From an uncultured Ignavibacteria bacterium (GTDB lineage: Bacteria > Zixibacteria > MSB-5A5 > SM1-73), in contig CAZPOP010000004.1 in assembly GCA_964588305.1 (NCBI GenBank), positions 26,470-90,469 on the forward strand: DNA of 64,000 bases, read 5' to 3'. Shown in pieces: positions 27,194-36,422 of this stretch. Position 1 is the stretch's first letter; each line of letters begins with the position of its first letter. Under the pieces are notes generated by a model that worked only from the letters and a program-made list of their open reading frames with translations, did no database searches and was not told the origin of the DNA. Both the position numbers and the translations under genes were made by a program.

Positions 27194-30169
27194 TTATCCC
27201 ACCTCCTTTGCAACGTCGCAGAGGAACGCCTTATATTCAGGAATGTTGGTGTTGGCATCCCCCACGTGGGGAGTCAAACGGTTAGCACTATCTCCCTTTG
27301 CTAATCCCTTAAATCCGAAATGCCAGGGAAGACCGATCTGTTCATAGGCCTTTCCATTCAGCTTGAATGGCTTGAAACGCCTGGTCACCACCGCGTAAGC
27401 AACTATGTGTCCTCGCGCGGTCGATATCCGCACCTTATCCCCGTTCTTAACGCCCTTGGATTTGCCCAAAGATTCGCTCATCTCCACGAACATATCAGGC
27501 ATGAGCTCAACCAGCCAAGGATTGTTTCTGGTCATCTGGCCTGCCTGCCAGTGCTCGGTGACCCGATAAGTGGTAGCGATAATGGGGTATTTGTCAGGCG
27601 AGCCAACCGCGTCCATTTCCCCCGCCCAGATCTTAATGGTAGGATTGCTCTGCTGAGAGGACATGGCATTCTTCACCGGCGCTTCGAGGGGCTCGTAGTG
27701 CTCCGGGAAGGGACCATCTGCAAGACCGAAGCCAAAAAGGCGAGCGTGTCCCTCCGGCTTCATGATGAATGAGTATTTCTCTCCCGGAGGCCATCCTCCG
27801 TCTGGGACGTCTCCGGCCCATTTGGTCTCGGGACCGGTCCACTTAACCACCCACTTATTGGGAGCATAAGGATTGCCCTGAAGGTCGCAGGAAGCTCGAT
27901 TATAGATTATCCTGCGATTCACCGGCCAACACCAAGCCCATCCGGGATATAGCCCAATCTTGTTGGGAGCATCCTCCAGGCCCCGACGGGCTGCCATATT
28001 TCCATCTTCGGTGTAGCTAGCACAATAGAGCCAGTTGCCTGACGAGGTGGTGCCATCGTCCATGAGTTTGGCAAAGGAGGCAGCCAATTTGCCGGTTGTG
28101 AGATGATAACCATTGATATCTTTGGCTACCAGGTGTACGTCAGGCTCTTCTCCCTCACCATAATTCCAATTTAGATTCACGATAGGATCAGGGAACGCGC
28201 CACCCTCGCCTGCATACAGCTTTTTCAGTTCTTTGGCTATTCGATTCAGGATCCACAAGTCGGACTTGGCATTGCCCGGAGGATGGACCGCCGCGTATCT
28301 CCACTGCATCCAACGACCGCTGTTAGTAATGCTCCCCTCCTTCTCCATTGACGCGGCCGCCGGGAGCATAAAGACCTCTGTCTTTATGTTCTTGGGATCC
28401 ACTGCGGGATCAGCCCAGAAACCAGCAGTCTCAGTCTCCCAGAGGTCTGCTGCGATCAGCCAATCCAACCTTTCCAGCGCCTTTCTCTCCTTCAAGACGT
28501 TGGGTCCCGCCACCGCCGGATTCTGACCCATACAGATCAGCCCCTTGATCACTCCATCATACATGGCTTCGAACAAGGCTATGTGATCACAATTAGCACT
28601 CACCTTGGGAAGATACTGATAGCAGAATTCGTTATCCTTCTGAGCCTTGTCTCCCCAGAAAGCCTTCAACAGGCTAACCATGTACTTGGGAGTGTGCTGC
28701 CACCAATTAGCGCTCTTGGGATCATTCGACTTGGGCGTCCAGTGCTCCAAATACTGAGCCAAGGTTTGGTCCTTAACCCGAGGAGTCTTGAGATAGCCGG
28801 GAATGATGTGGAATAGGAGAGCGTAATCAGTGGAACCTTGCACGTTCGATTCGCCACGTAGGGCATTGATTCCTCCGCCAGCCACTCCCACGTTTCCCAA
28901 CAGCAGCTGAAGCATGGCGTAGGTGCGCACGTTCTGAGTACCCACAGTATGCTGAGTGGTCCCCATAGCGTACATGATAGTGCCTGATTTTTCCTTGGCA
29001 CCGGTCGCTCCGTAGGTCTTCGCCACCTCCACCATCAGCTCCGAAGGACATCCAGTAATGCTGGACACCTTCTCGGGGGTGTAACGGGAGAGGTGCTTCT
29101 TGAGAAGCTGAAACACGCACCGCGGGTCCTGCAGGGTCGGATCCTTTTTCGGATTTCCATCCGCATCCAGCTGGTAGATCCAGGTTTCTTTCCTATACAT
29201 TCTTTTGGCTTGATCGTAACCGGTGAAAAGCCCGTCATCGAATCCGAAACCCTCATCCACCATGAAGCTAGCGTTGGTGTGATCCACCAGGTAGTCCTTA
29301 TTGTAAAGATTGTTCTGGATGATGTAGTTCATCAGCCCATCGACGAATGCGATATCGGATCCCGATCTTATGGGTGCGTAGATGTCTGCTCTGGCCGAGG
29401 TGCGAGTGAAACGGGGATCGACGCTGATCAGCTTCGCCCCGTTATCCATAGCTTTGCTCACCCAACGGAAAGAAATGGGATGATTCTCTGCCGCATTGGA
29501 ACCGATGATCATGATGCAGTCAGCATTCTTGATGTCAATCCAGTGATTGGTCATGGCCCCTCTGCCGTAAGTCTCCGCCAAACTGGCGACTGTGGCAGAG
29601 TGTCATATGCGTGCCTGATGTTCCAAGTAAACGATGCCCAGGGCCCGAGCCAGCTTGGACCAGAGGTAGCACTCCTCATTGTCCAACGCGGCTCCGCCCA
29701 AACCTGCCAAGGCCTCGACCCGGTTCACCACGCGTCCCTGATCATCCGCTGCCGCCCAGCCTTCATCCCTGGTCTTCTTTATTCTCTTGGCCATCTCCGG
29801 TATGGCCCAATCCCAGCTTTTCTCCTCCCATTTGTCACTGTAGGGAGCTCTATAGAGAACCTTGGTCATCCGCCTTTCATTATTGGCTATCTGAATCAAG
29901 GCCTCTCCCTTACTGCAGAGCGATCCCTGATTTATGGGATGGTCCGGATCGCCTTCAATGTTTATCACTTTTCCATTGCTGACCGAAACGATCTGTGAGC
30001 ATCCCACTCCGCAATAAGGGCAAATGGTGGTGCTCTCCTTGGCATACTGGGTCTTAAGGTTCTGCGCATATGCTTCAGAAGTTCGCAAGTGAACCCCCAG
30101 ACCGCCTAAGATCGCCCCGCCCGTGACCCCTCCGGAGACTTTTAGAAAACCTCTTCTCGAGATTTTCAT
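27194..30169 (-). CDS. fdnG: Periplasmic formate dehydrogenase catalytic subunit (FdnG-type molybdopterin enzyme), selenocysteine at codon 189
   Basis: ORFs 29603..30169 and 27194..29581 are in one frame, joined by TGA 29603-29605. The junction ...LEHQARI-U-HSATVASLAETYGRGAMTNHW matches the FdnG Sec site (QARVUHGPTVA...FGRGAMTNHW). Twin-arginine signal SRRGFLK. N-terminal Cys cluster CPYCGVGC. Confidence 0.92.
29560..29600 (-). promoter_or_regulatory. SECIS-type hairpin following the fdnG UGA
   Basis: Lower stem CUCUGCC/GGCAGAG (nt 3-9 / 37-43 after UGA). Upper stem CGCC/GGCG (nt 15-18 / 24-27). Apical loop AGUUU. Confidence 0.6.
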
Positions 30170-30202
30170 ATGCTTCGTTCACCTCCTTCTTGAAGTTTGT
30201 GT

Positions 30203-30721
30203 TTATTTGTTCTCTTTCTTCTCTTCTTCTTTTTTCATCAATTCGACATCCGGTTCATATATCTCGTTAAGCATAAACATGGATCTGTTTATTTTTTCGA
30301 TTTCCTCCTCTGAAATTCCTGACTTCTCCTTTTTGGCCATCCTCTCTATGATTGCGTTCATCTCAGCTTGGTCTTTGGTCTGGTGAGCCTTGACCACTAC
30401 GGCCAGAGAATGGCATTTTCCGCACTTCTCCTGGAATAGGTTCTTGTGAGGTTCTTCCACGGGAAGCAAGGTAAAGGTTGCCTCTATCTCCTTTAGAGAT
30501 TGTTCGCTTATGTTTATCCCTGCCTTGTCGTGCATTTCCTTCATGATTTTCTCCATCCCCGTCCTCACGTCCTGCAGGGTATGGCAGATCGAGCATCTCT
30601 GCTCGAAGGCGGTCGGCTCTGACTTCTTGGGAGCCACCTGCTGTGTCGTCTGAGCAAACACCCAGACCAATGCAGCAGTCGACATCAGCAGAATACCACC
30701 ACAGATCCTGACTGCTTTCAT
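30203..30721 (-). CDS. Dihaem c-type cytochrome (172 aa, signal/anchor helix)
   Basis: Two CXXCH motifs (CSICH, CGKCH), each in a similar repeated module. N-terminal hydrophobic helix, Lys/Glu-rich tail. Confidence 0.72.
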   Translation of the reverse strand: MKAVRICGGILLMSTAALVWVFAQTTQQVAPKKSEPTAFEQRCSICHTLQDVRTGMEKIMKEMHDKAGINISEQSLKEIEATFTLLPVEEPHKNLFQEKCGKCHSLAVVVKAHQTKDQAEMNAIIERMAKKEKSGISEEEIEKINRSMFMLNEIYEPDVELMKKEEEKKENK

Positions 30722-30820
30722 AGCGTTTCACCTCCTCAACGTTTTTGTGTTACCGTACGTGTTCAGAGTTATGCCACTTTGTGATTCTTTTCACATGGGC
30801 GCTCAAAGGGACCCTTGCTC

Positions 30821-31678
30821 CTATGAGACGATGATCGAGCCCGAAATCTGGGTCTTGAGATAGTTGGGGTTTTGGTATCCGTCCTTTTGGGCCAGGATGT
30901 CCAAATAAAGAGTGTTTATGTTCTCTTTGGAAAAATCTGGAGTCTCGTTTTCGGGCATCTTTCTTTCGTCGATCGTCTTAATGTACTTCTTGCATTTGTC
31001 GCATACATCTACCCTGAAGGGCCCCTTATCCGAGGATGAATCTCCCTCGGTGAAGAAGTATCTCAAAGTGTTGTGATCTTCATTGCCACAGAAGGGACAC
31101 ATTATTCTCTTGTAGTGCCACTGAGTGCCACAGAGACTGCACCACAGAATCCTTTTACCGTCCTCTCTTCTCAGTTTTTCCATCGCCGGCAAACTTCCAC
31201 AAAGAGGGCAATTCCCCTTAAGCCAACTTTCACGGTCGATTTTGTCCTGAAATTTCTCAGCGAAAACCTCAAAGAACGTCTGCACCAGATTCAGCCCCAA
31301 AAACAAAAGCAGATCCGGGTTCAAATTGAGCTGATTAGCAAGAGATTTAATCTCCTGTGGATCTCCGATCAGAACCGACCTGGTGAGCCTGGTGATATCC
31401 ATCTTTTCTCTCTTCTGCATTAGATCCTGGATTTCCGAAGGAGTGAAGGCCTGGTATTTTTCCAGAATGGGACACAGGATTCCGAGAAGCTCTTCTGAGA
31501 GTTTTCCATCAAGTTCTATCTTCTCTCTGGCGAGCAGGGGCCGCCCTTCTTTTGCTCGTTTTTGAATGCTTTCATGATCAACAACTATTGTCTCCCGGTG
31601 GACGCTTCTGAAATTATCTTTAGCGCCATTCAGCTCAGCAAGGAATTCGGAATGTTGTTTAGTACCTTCTTGTGTCAT
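30821..31678 (-). CDS. fdhE: Formate dehydrogenase accessory protein FdhE
   Basis: Four CXXC pairs (CPLCGS, CSLCGT, CPFCGN, CDKCKKY) in FdhE spacing. 285 aa. TAG stop. Confidence 0.85.
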   Translation of the reverse strand: MTQEGTKQHSEFLAELNGAKDNFRSVHRETIVVDHESIQKRAKEGRPLLAREKIELDGKLSEELLGILCPILEKYQAFTPSEIQDLMQKREKMDITRLTRSVLIGDPQEIKSLANQLNLNPDLLLFLGLNLVQTFFEVFAEKFQDKIDRESWLKGNCPLCGSLPAMEKLRREDGKRILWCSLCGTQWHYKRIMCPFCGNEDHNTLRYFFTEGDSSSDKGPFRVDVCDKCKKYIKTIDERKMPENETPDFSKENINTLYLDILAQKDGYQNPNYLKTQISGSIIVS

Positions 31679-31765
31679 TTTTCCTCTTGGAATTTGATTT
31701 TAACTGACGACTCCTGGTGCTAGAAACCCAGTCAAAAAGCAAAACTAACCCAACGAATTTTCAGG

Positions 31766-31794
31766 AATATAAAATCTACCCTGGTATTTGTCAA
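31766..31794 (-). promoter_or_regulatory. Sigma70-like promoter candidate for the fdh operon (TTGACA-N17-TATATT)
   Basis: Reverse complement reads TTGACAaataccagggtagatttTATATT, about 90 nt upstream of the fdhE ATG. Confidence 0.45.
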
Positions 31795-32002
31795 CAAAAA
31801 AATACTCAAATCTTACTAAGGTCGGGTGAGGGGTACCGGACGACGAGCGTATTCTCCATAAGCGCTTATAAGACAGCAGGTTACTTGAGGCCATTGGTTG
31901 TCTGTTCACAGCCCTTTTGAGAGTTCCTCAGCCCCTTGCAGACTGGTCTTGGTGATGATTTTGGAGCAAAAGTTCTTTCTACCAGACATTGTTATTATAA
32001 GC

Positions 32003-32037
32003 AAAAACCGGACAGATTTTCGATCCGTCCGGTTTTT
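32003..32037 (-). terminator. Intrinsic terminator after the MtrB-like gene
   Basis: AAAAACCGGAC...GTCCGGTTTTT stem with flanking A/T runs, 29 nt past the TAA at 32066. Confidence 0.65.
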
Positions 32038-32065
32038 GGGTTATTCGTTTTTTCGACCTGTAAGC

Positions 32066-34246
32066 TTAGAAACCAATTCTCACGCCGCTTCGAATCACAA
32101 ACAAAAAGCCGGTCTCGATGCCGTAGACATATCCCTTGTCATCGGTCAAATCATAGTATGCTGCATCTGCGGTCAGCGAGATTCTTGGAGAAAGTGCATA
32201 CTCTGCTCCCGCGGAGATGTTGAACTGGGTATAGGCCAGATCAGAGTATTGGTTGATCGAGCTGAAATCGTAATCGGCTGCGGCAATATCGTCCGTCACC
32301 TCCTGTGGGACCTTGGTCATTCTACCCATGGTCAAAGTGCCTTTACTGTCGATGTAGTTTCCGTCCAGAGTGAGGCTTATCTTTTCGTTAGCCAGAAACA
32401 GAATGCCGGCGGAGAATGAAAGTGCTTCGTTTTGGTATTCGGTCTCAGCGAAAAAGGAACCATAATGCTTGGGATCGCCACTACCTGTGGCGGCAAGATG
32501 ACCCCCTCACCCATCCATCATGGCCACTGCGGCCAGCCCGTTTGATTTGTGATAAACATAGGCCACGCTGCCGAAGACATTCGACTTCAGAGTCGGGGCG
32601 AAACTGACCAAAACCTGAGGGTGCAACTGGGTGCGCTCGAAATCCAGACTGTCTGTGTCACCGTTTGTTCCCAAGCTGGCCTTTAAGGTCGCGGAGAGGG
32701 AGATCTTATGGTCGGGCTTGAAGTTCAGATCAAGCTCAACCCCATGCAAGTTCGTTGGCTGATTGGTTATGCTGCCATAGCGTAACGTATCTCGCTGGAA
32801 ATAATACCACCAATTGTTGTCAGGCAGCTTTTCCAAAACATCCTGGCCAGCTCTCTCAAATAGCTGCTCATATGGCGAAAAAGGGTCATCGGTGTTTTCG
32901 AAGAAATACTTGAGGCGTCCGGAATATCTCAGGTTGGGCCGGTATTTTCCCCCGGCTGAAAACCGAAGCTTGGTTGTTTTTCCTTCAGCCCCATAGTAAG
33001 GATAGTCATCCCTTTTCGTCCCTTCGTAACCAGCGGACAAAAAGACCCTGTATTTTCTGCTGGGCTGATAGATGAGCTCGGCAGAACCTTTTGCCACTGT
33101 CCGGGTGAGATTGGAATAACGGGTCCAATCAAAATCCTGACCGCCCCCGGTCAATCCGTCACGCCATAACGGTAGGTCTACGGGTACCTCATCACTCTCG
33201 ACCCGGGAGAGCGAAGCCAAAGCAATCATCTTGGTTTTCAGGTTCGGTCGGAATACATACTTGAAAATGCCACCATTGCTGTTTGCTTCGATTCCGGCAG
33301 AGACATTCTTGGCCTGAGAGTGAGTGAAACTTCCCGAAATCTCGCTTTTTTCCCCGAGATCAGCCTTCACCTTGGCGGTATGAGACATCTTCTGGGTTTC
33401 AGGAGTGGTGCCGAATTCGACCACCTCACCATTGAAGACGGTCCGGGTACCGAACTCATCCAGCAGAGTGCCATTCACGGGGTGCTGGGCGGTGTCGTAA
33501 AACGCCTCCGGGCCAGGCACCTCCGATTTGAAAGTGCGGAAGCTTCCCACATAGGAGAAAAACAGAGGCCCCGGGTCGATTTCAATCCCAGCAGATGCCG
33601 TGTGCGTGCGGCGATCAACCTTCACGGACTTGGAGATCATATGGCAGGAGGAACAGTGCATGGAGATCACCTTCTGCTCATCTCCCTTCTCCAAGATGGA
33701 ACGATGTGCGGCGATGATTTTCAGCATGACAGAGCCCGGGATTTTAACCTGGAAGTCCGATTTTATCTCGTACCGGGTATAGCCGAAATTGGCGTCCGGC
33801 ACCTCGTGCTCGTAGGTGAACATTTTTCCACCAGGTTTGTTCTGCTGATCCACTGCCTCACGAGCCATCAGATTCTCCAGAAGGTCCGTCGCGCGGTGTC
33901 GGTAAAAAGAGCGGTAGGAAACCAGACCAGAAAAACCGTCTTTTGATTTTCCCGCCAGGTCAAAAGAGATTCTCTTGGGATCATAATAATGGCCAAGGAA
34001 ATCCAGGCTTTGATCTTTTCGGTATCCGGAAAAGCTGAGAGATATCTCTGGAACCGCTTCCTCTTTTCCCCGGTCGAACTCTCCGACTTTTTTTGAGAAA
34101 TCCTGGTAGCCGGTATAGTGACTCCCCAGCCAGAGACTCCAAACAGAATGAGCGGCCTCCTCTTCAGAAAAAGCAAGTAAGGAAAAAATCGGCAAAACCA
34201 AACCTAGTGATAAAATGAAAAGGGATCTTAAGAACGATGTTTTCAT
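32066..34246 (-). CDS. MtrB/PioB-like giant outer-membrane beta-barrel, 726 codons with one in-frame TGA (32507-32509)
   Basis: Signal peptide and AAGGAG RBS. ORFs 32507..34246 and 32066..32335 plus the stretch between them form a single frame. Ends ...SGVRIGF. Lies 10 nt downstream of the decahaem cytochrome gene. Contains CSSCH. Confidence 0.7.
32468..32497 (-). promoter_or_regulatory. SECIS-like hairpin downstream of the in-frame UGA of the barrel gene (hypothetical function)
   Basis: CUUG-C-CGCCAC-[AGGUA]-GUGGCG-AUCC-CAAG. The upper stem begins at nt 15 after UGA, as in fdnG. Confidence 0.35.
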
Positions 34247-34256
34247 ATTTCTCTCC

Positions 34257-35216
34257 TTATCTTGTTAATGCTCTTCCTCCACCCGAAATGGACTGGGACG
34301 GCAGATCACTTCCGTGAATCTCCGAGTGACACTGAGTGCATTTGGTCAACATCGCCCTCTTCATGCCGTCGCGAGTGGAGATGCCCTCTCGCTCGGGATG
34401 CATTGGAGCATTGAACTCTCCCTCATACCCCACCAGAGTAACATGGAAGTGCATGGGATGACAGGATAAGCAGAGAAAAGGCTCATTCTGCAAAAGCATC
34501 TTGTCGGCGACGGTTCCGTGTGGATCATGACAGATTCCGCAGTCCTCGTTAACCGGTTGGTGCTCGAAGATGAATGGGCCCTGCAGCGAGGCATGACAGG
34601 ACAAGCAGAGTTCACGACCGTCGTCCCCTACCGCATACTTGACCTCTCCCGAATGAATGGGGTGACAGTCCGAACAGCTCACTAAGCCTTCCATAACCGG
34701 ATGATGGGAGGGCATTCGGGCCTGGGCACGTTTGTCTGCGTGACAGTCAAAACAGAGTGAGGGCTCCTGCTTTGTTAAAAGATGTTTACCCTCGGAATGA
34801 ATCCTGTGACAATCGCCACAGCCTTCTGCTGTCTCGAAATGAGTCGATCCGTGCCAGGAGGCGAAAGCCGGGCCCTTGTGGCAATTGGTGCACAGATTGG
34901 TTCCCGTGGCGGTATAATCTTTAGGCGGATTATAAATCAGCGTGGGATCTCCTTCTTCGGCATGCGCCGAGCCCGGCCCATGACAAGCCTCACAGGTGTT
35001 TTCATCCCCCACCGATAATCTGGCATGAATGTTTTTTTCAAATTTCTCAGAGACTTCCTCATGGCATGCTGAACAGAGCTCATCACCCACTTCCACCGCA
35101 TCAGGAGGCAAACCACCCGTTACGTATGCCGCTGGAAGAAGAAGCAGGCAGAAAACAAAAACCAACAGTGGGCCGGTTGAGTTCTTGGCTGTAAGGTATT
35201 TGAGAGACCTAAACAT
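34257..35216 (-). CDS. Periplasmic decahaem c-type cytochrome, MtrA/DmsE/PioA/MtoA family
   Basis: 319 aa with a signal peptide and ten CXXCH motifs: CSACH, CEACH, CTNCH, CGDCH, CFDCH, CSDCH, CLSCH, CGICH, CLSCH, CTQCH. Confidence 0.88.
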   Translation of the reverse strand: MFRSLKYLTAKNSTGPLLVFVFCLLLLPAAYVTGGLPPDAVEVGDELCSACHEEVSEKFEKNIHARLSVGDENTCEACHGPGSAHAEEGDPTLIYNPPKDYTATGTNLCTNCHKGPAFASWHGSTHFETAEGCGDCHRIHSEGKHLLTKQEPSLCFDCHADKRAQARMPSHHPVMEGLVSCSDCHPIHSGEVKYAVGDDGRELCLSCHASLQGPFIFEHQPVNEDCGICHDPHGTVADKMLLQNEPFLCLSCHPMHFHVTLVGYEGEFNAPMHPEREGISTRDGMKRAMLTKCTQCHSEIHGSDLPSQSISGGGRALTR

Positions 35217-35355
35217 ATGCCTCCTTTCCTAAATTTGACGTGATTTCGGTATACTTAACGTTGATGCACGAATCAATAGTCTTCCACCGGTTGACTGAAA
35301 AACACCCTGTCATAAACGAAGTCTGTGAAGGCACAGATTCGCTATGTTGACGTTG

Positions 35356-35384
35356 AATTTAAGGAACCTCATAATCGGTGTCAA
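35356..35384 (-). promoter_or_regulatory. Sigma70-like promoter candidate for the cytochrome-barrel operon (TTGACA-N17-TAAATT)
   Basis: Reverse complement reads TTGACAccgattatgaggttcctTAAATT, about 140 nt upstream of the ATG at 35216. Confidence 0.35.
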
Positions 35385-35565
35385 GAAAAAAACTAACTTA
35401 TCTGAGAAATAATATGCCTATTGCGATTCCTGATGGAGGAGGGAGTTTCCAAGAATAGAGGAAAAGAAGACAAAGAAGACTTGCATGGTCTTAATGCTCT
35501 CGTTAACTCAACACGGGCGGACAAATCCTCGATGCGGGGGATTTAATAATGAATCGCAGCGGATA

Positions 35566-36306
35566 CTAAAGAATCTTCCATTTCTTAATCTGTTGTATGG
35601 TGTCGTAGTCGGTCGTGTCCAAGTGAAGGGGGGTGATGGAGACGTATCCTGCTTTTACAGCAGAAAAATCAGAGCCTTTTTCCTTTACCCAGGTAGGCGA
35701 TTGCCCTCCAATCCAGAAGTACTTCTTGCTACGAGGATCGATCTTCTGGATCACCACCTCGTTATACAACCTCTTGCCCAGATGAGTGATTTTGTACCTC
35801 TTCATGGTCTCTCTTCTGTCCGGAATATTCACGTTCAGATAGGTATACTTGGGAAGGCCATTTTTGGATACGAACGAGGCTAGTTTTCTCACGAACCGGG
35901 CAGCGGAATTAAAATGCTCAGGATTCCATTTTGCGATCGAAACCGCTATAGAGGGGATATTCAATATGGTTCCTTCCATAGCGGCCGCCACCGTTCCCGA
36001 GTAAGAAACGTCATCTCCTAGATTGGGTCCATGATTGATGCCGGAAATCACTATGTCTGGCCTCTTCCTCATAATACTGTAAATTGCCAGCATCACGGCG
36101 TCCGTCGGGGTGCCGTCTATGCTGAAGGATTTGTCCGCAATTCTGTTTACGCGGAGAGGATAGCGCAGGGTCAGGGAATGGCTGGAGGCGCTCTGTTCCC
36201 TATCCGGTGCAACCACCCAGACCTGGGCGATTCTGGAAATTTCCCTTTTCAGAGTCAAAAGACCCTTGGCGTTGATACCGTCGTCGTTGGTAAGCAGAGC
36301 CAGCAA
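35566..36306 (-). CDS. surE: 5'/3'-nucleotidase SurE
   Basis: N-terminal LLTNDDGINAKGL motif. TTG start with GGAGG upstream. Confidence 0.9.
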   Translation of the reverse strand: MLALLTNDDGINAKGLLTLKREISRIAQVWVVAPDREQSASSHSLTLRYPLRVNRIADKSFSIDGTPTDAVMLAIYSIMRKRPDIVISGINHGPNLGDDVSYSGTVAAAMEGTILNIPSIAVSIAKWNPEHFNSAARFVRKLASFVSKNGLPKYTYLNVNIPDRRETMKRYKITHLGKRLYNEVVIQKIDPRSKKYFWIGGQSPTWVKEKGSDFSAVKAGYVSITPLHLDTTDYDTIQQIKKWKIL

Positions 36307-36422
36307 TTCTTTTCCTCCCTATCCTGGAGTCGCCCAGCTTGCTGGGTGTCGAGTTGTTTAAGACGCGACACGAGTGTCGCTACTCCTATGTCACTACGCC
36401 TCTTTCACTCTCCCTCGGTTTT

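Noticed and set aside
29093-29998. Long ORFs antisense to or overlapping well-supported genes. Examples: 29093..29998 (301 aa, opposite fdnG), 4199..4753 and 4606..4896 (opposite pnp), 5707..6312 (opposite the M16 peptidase), 24459..24875 and 24906..25274 (same strand as the 6-TM protein gene 24545..25192, different frames), 39393..39926 (opposite the transposase), 38869..39390 (alternative frame of plsY).
   Set aside because: The overlapping gene in each case has clear family motifs. The shadow ORFs have Pro/Arg/Ser-rich, low-information composition, no SD and no recognisable domain.
32507-32509. UGA reassigned to glycine (code 25-like), suggested by the G-UGA-GG context in the barrel gene.
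   Set aside because: TGA terminates asnS (7718..9013) and leuS (9106..11562) exactly at their conserved C-termini and also ends the holin-like gene. The window uses the standard code.
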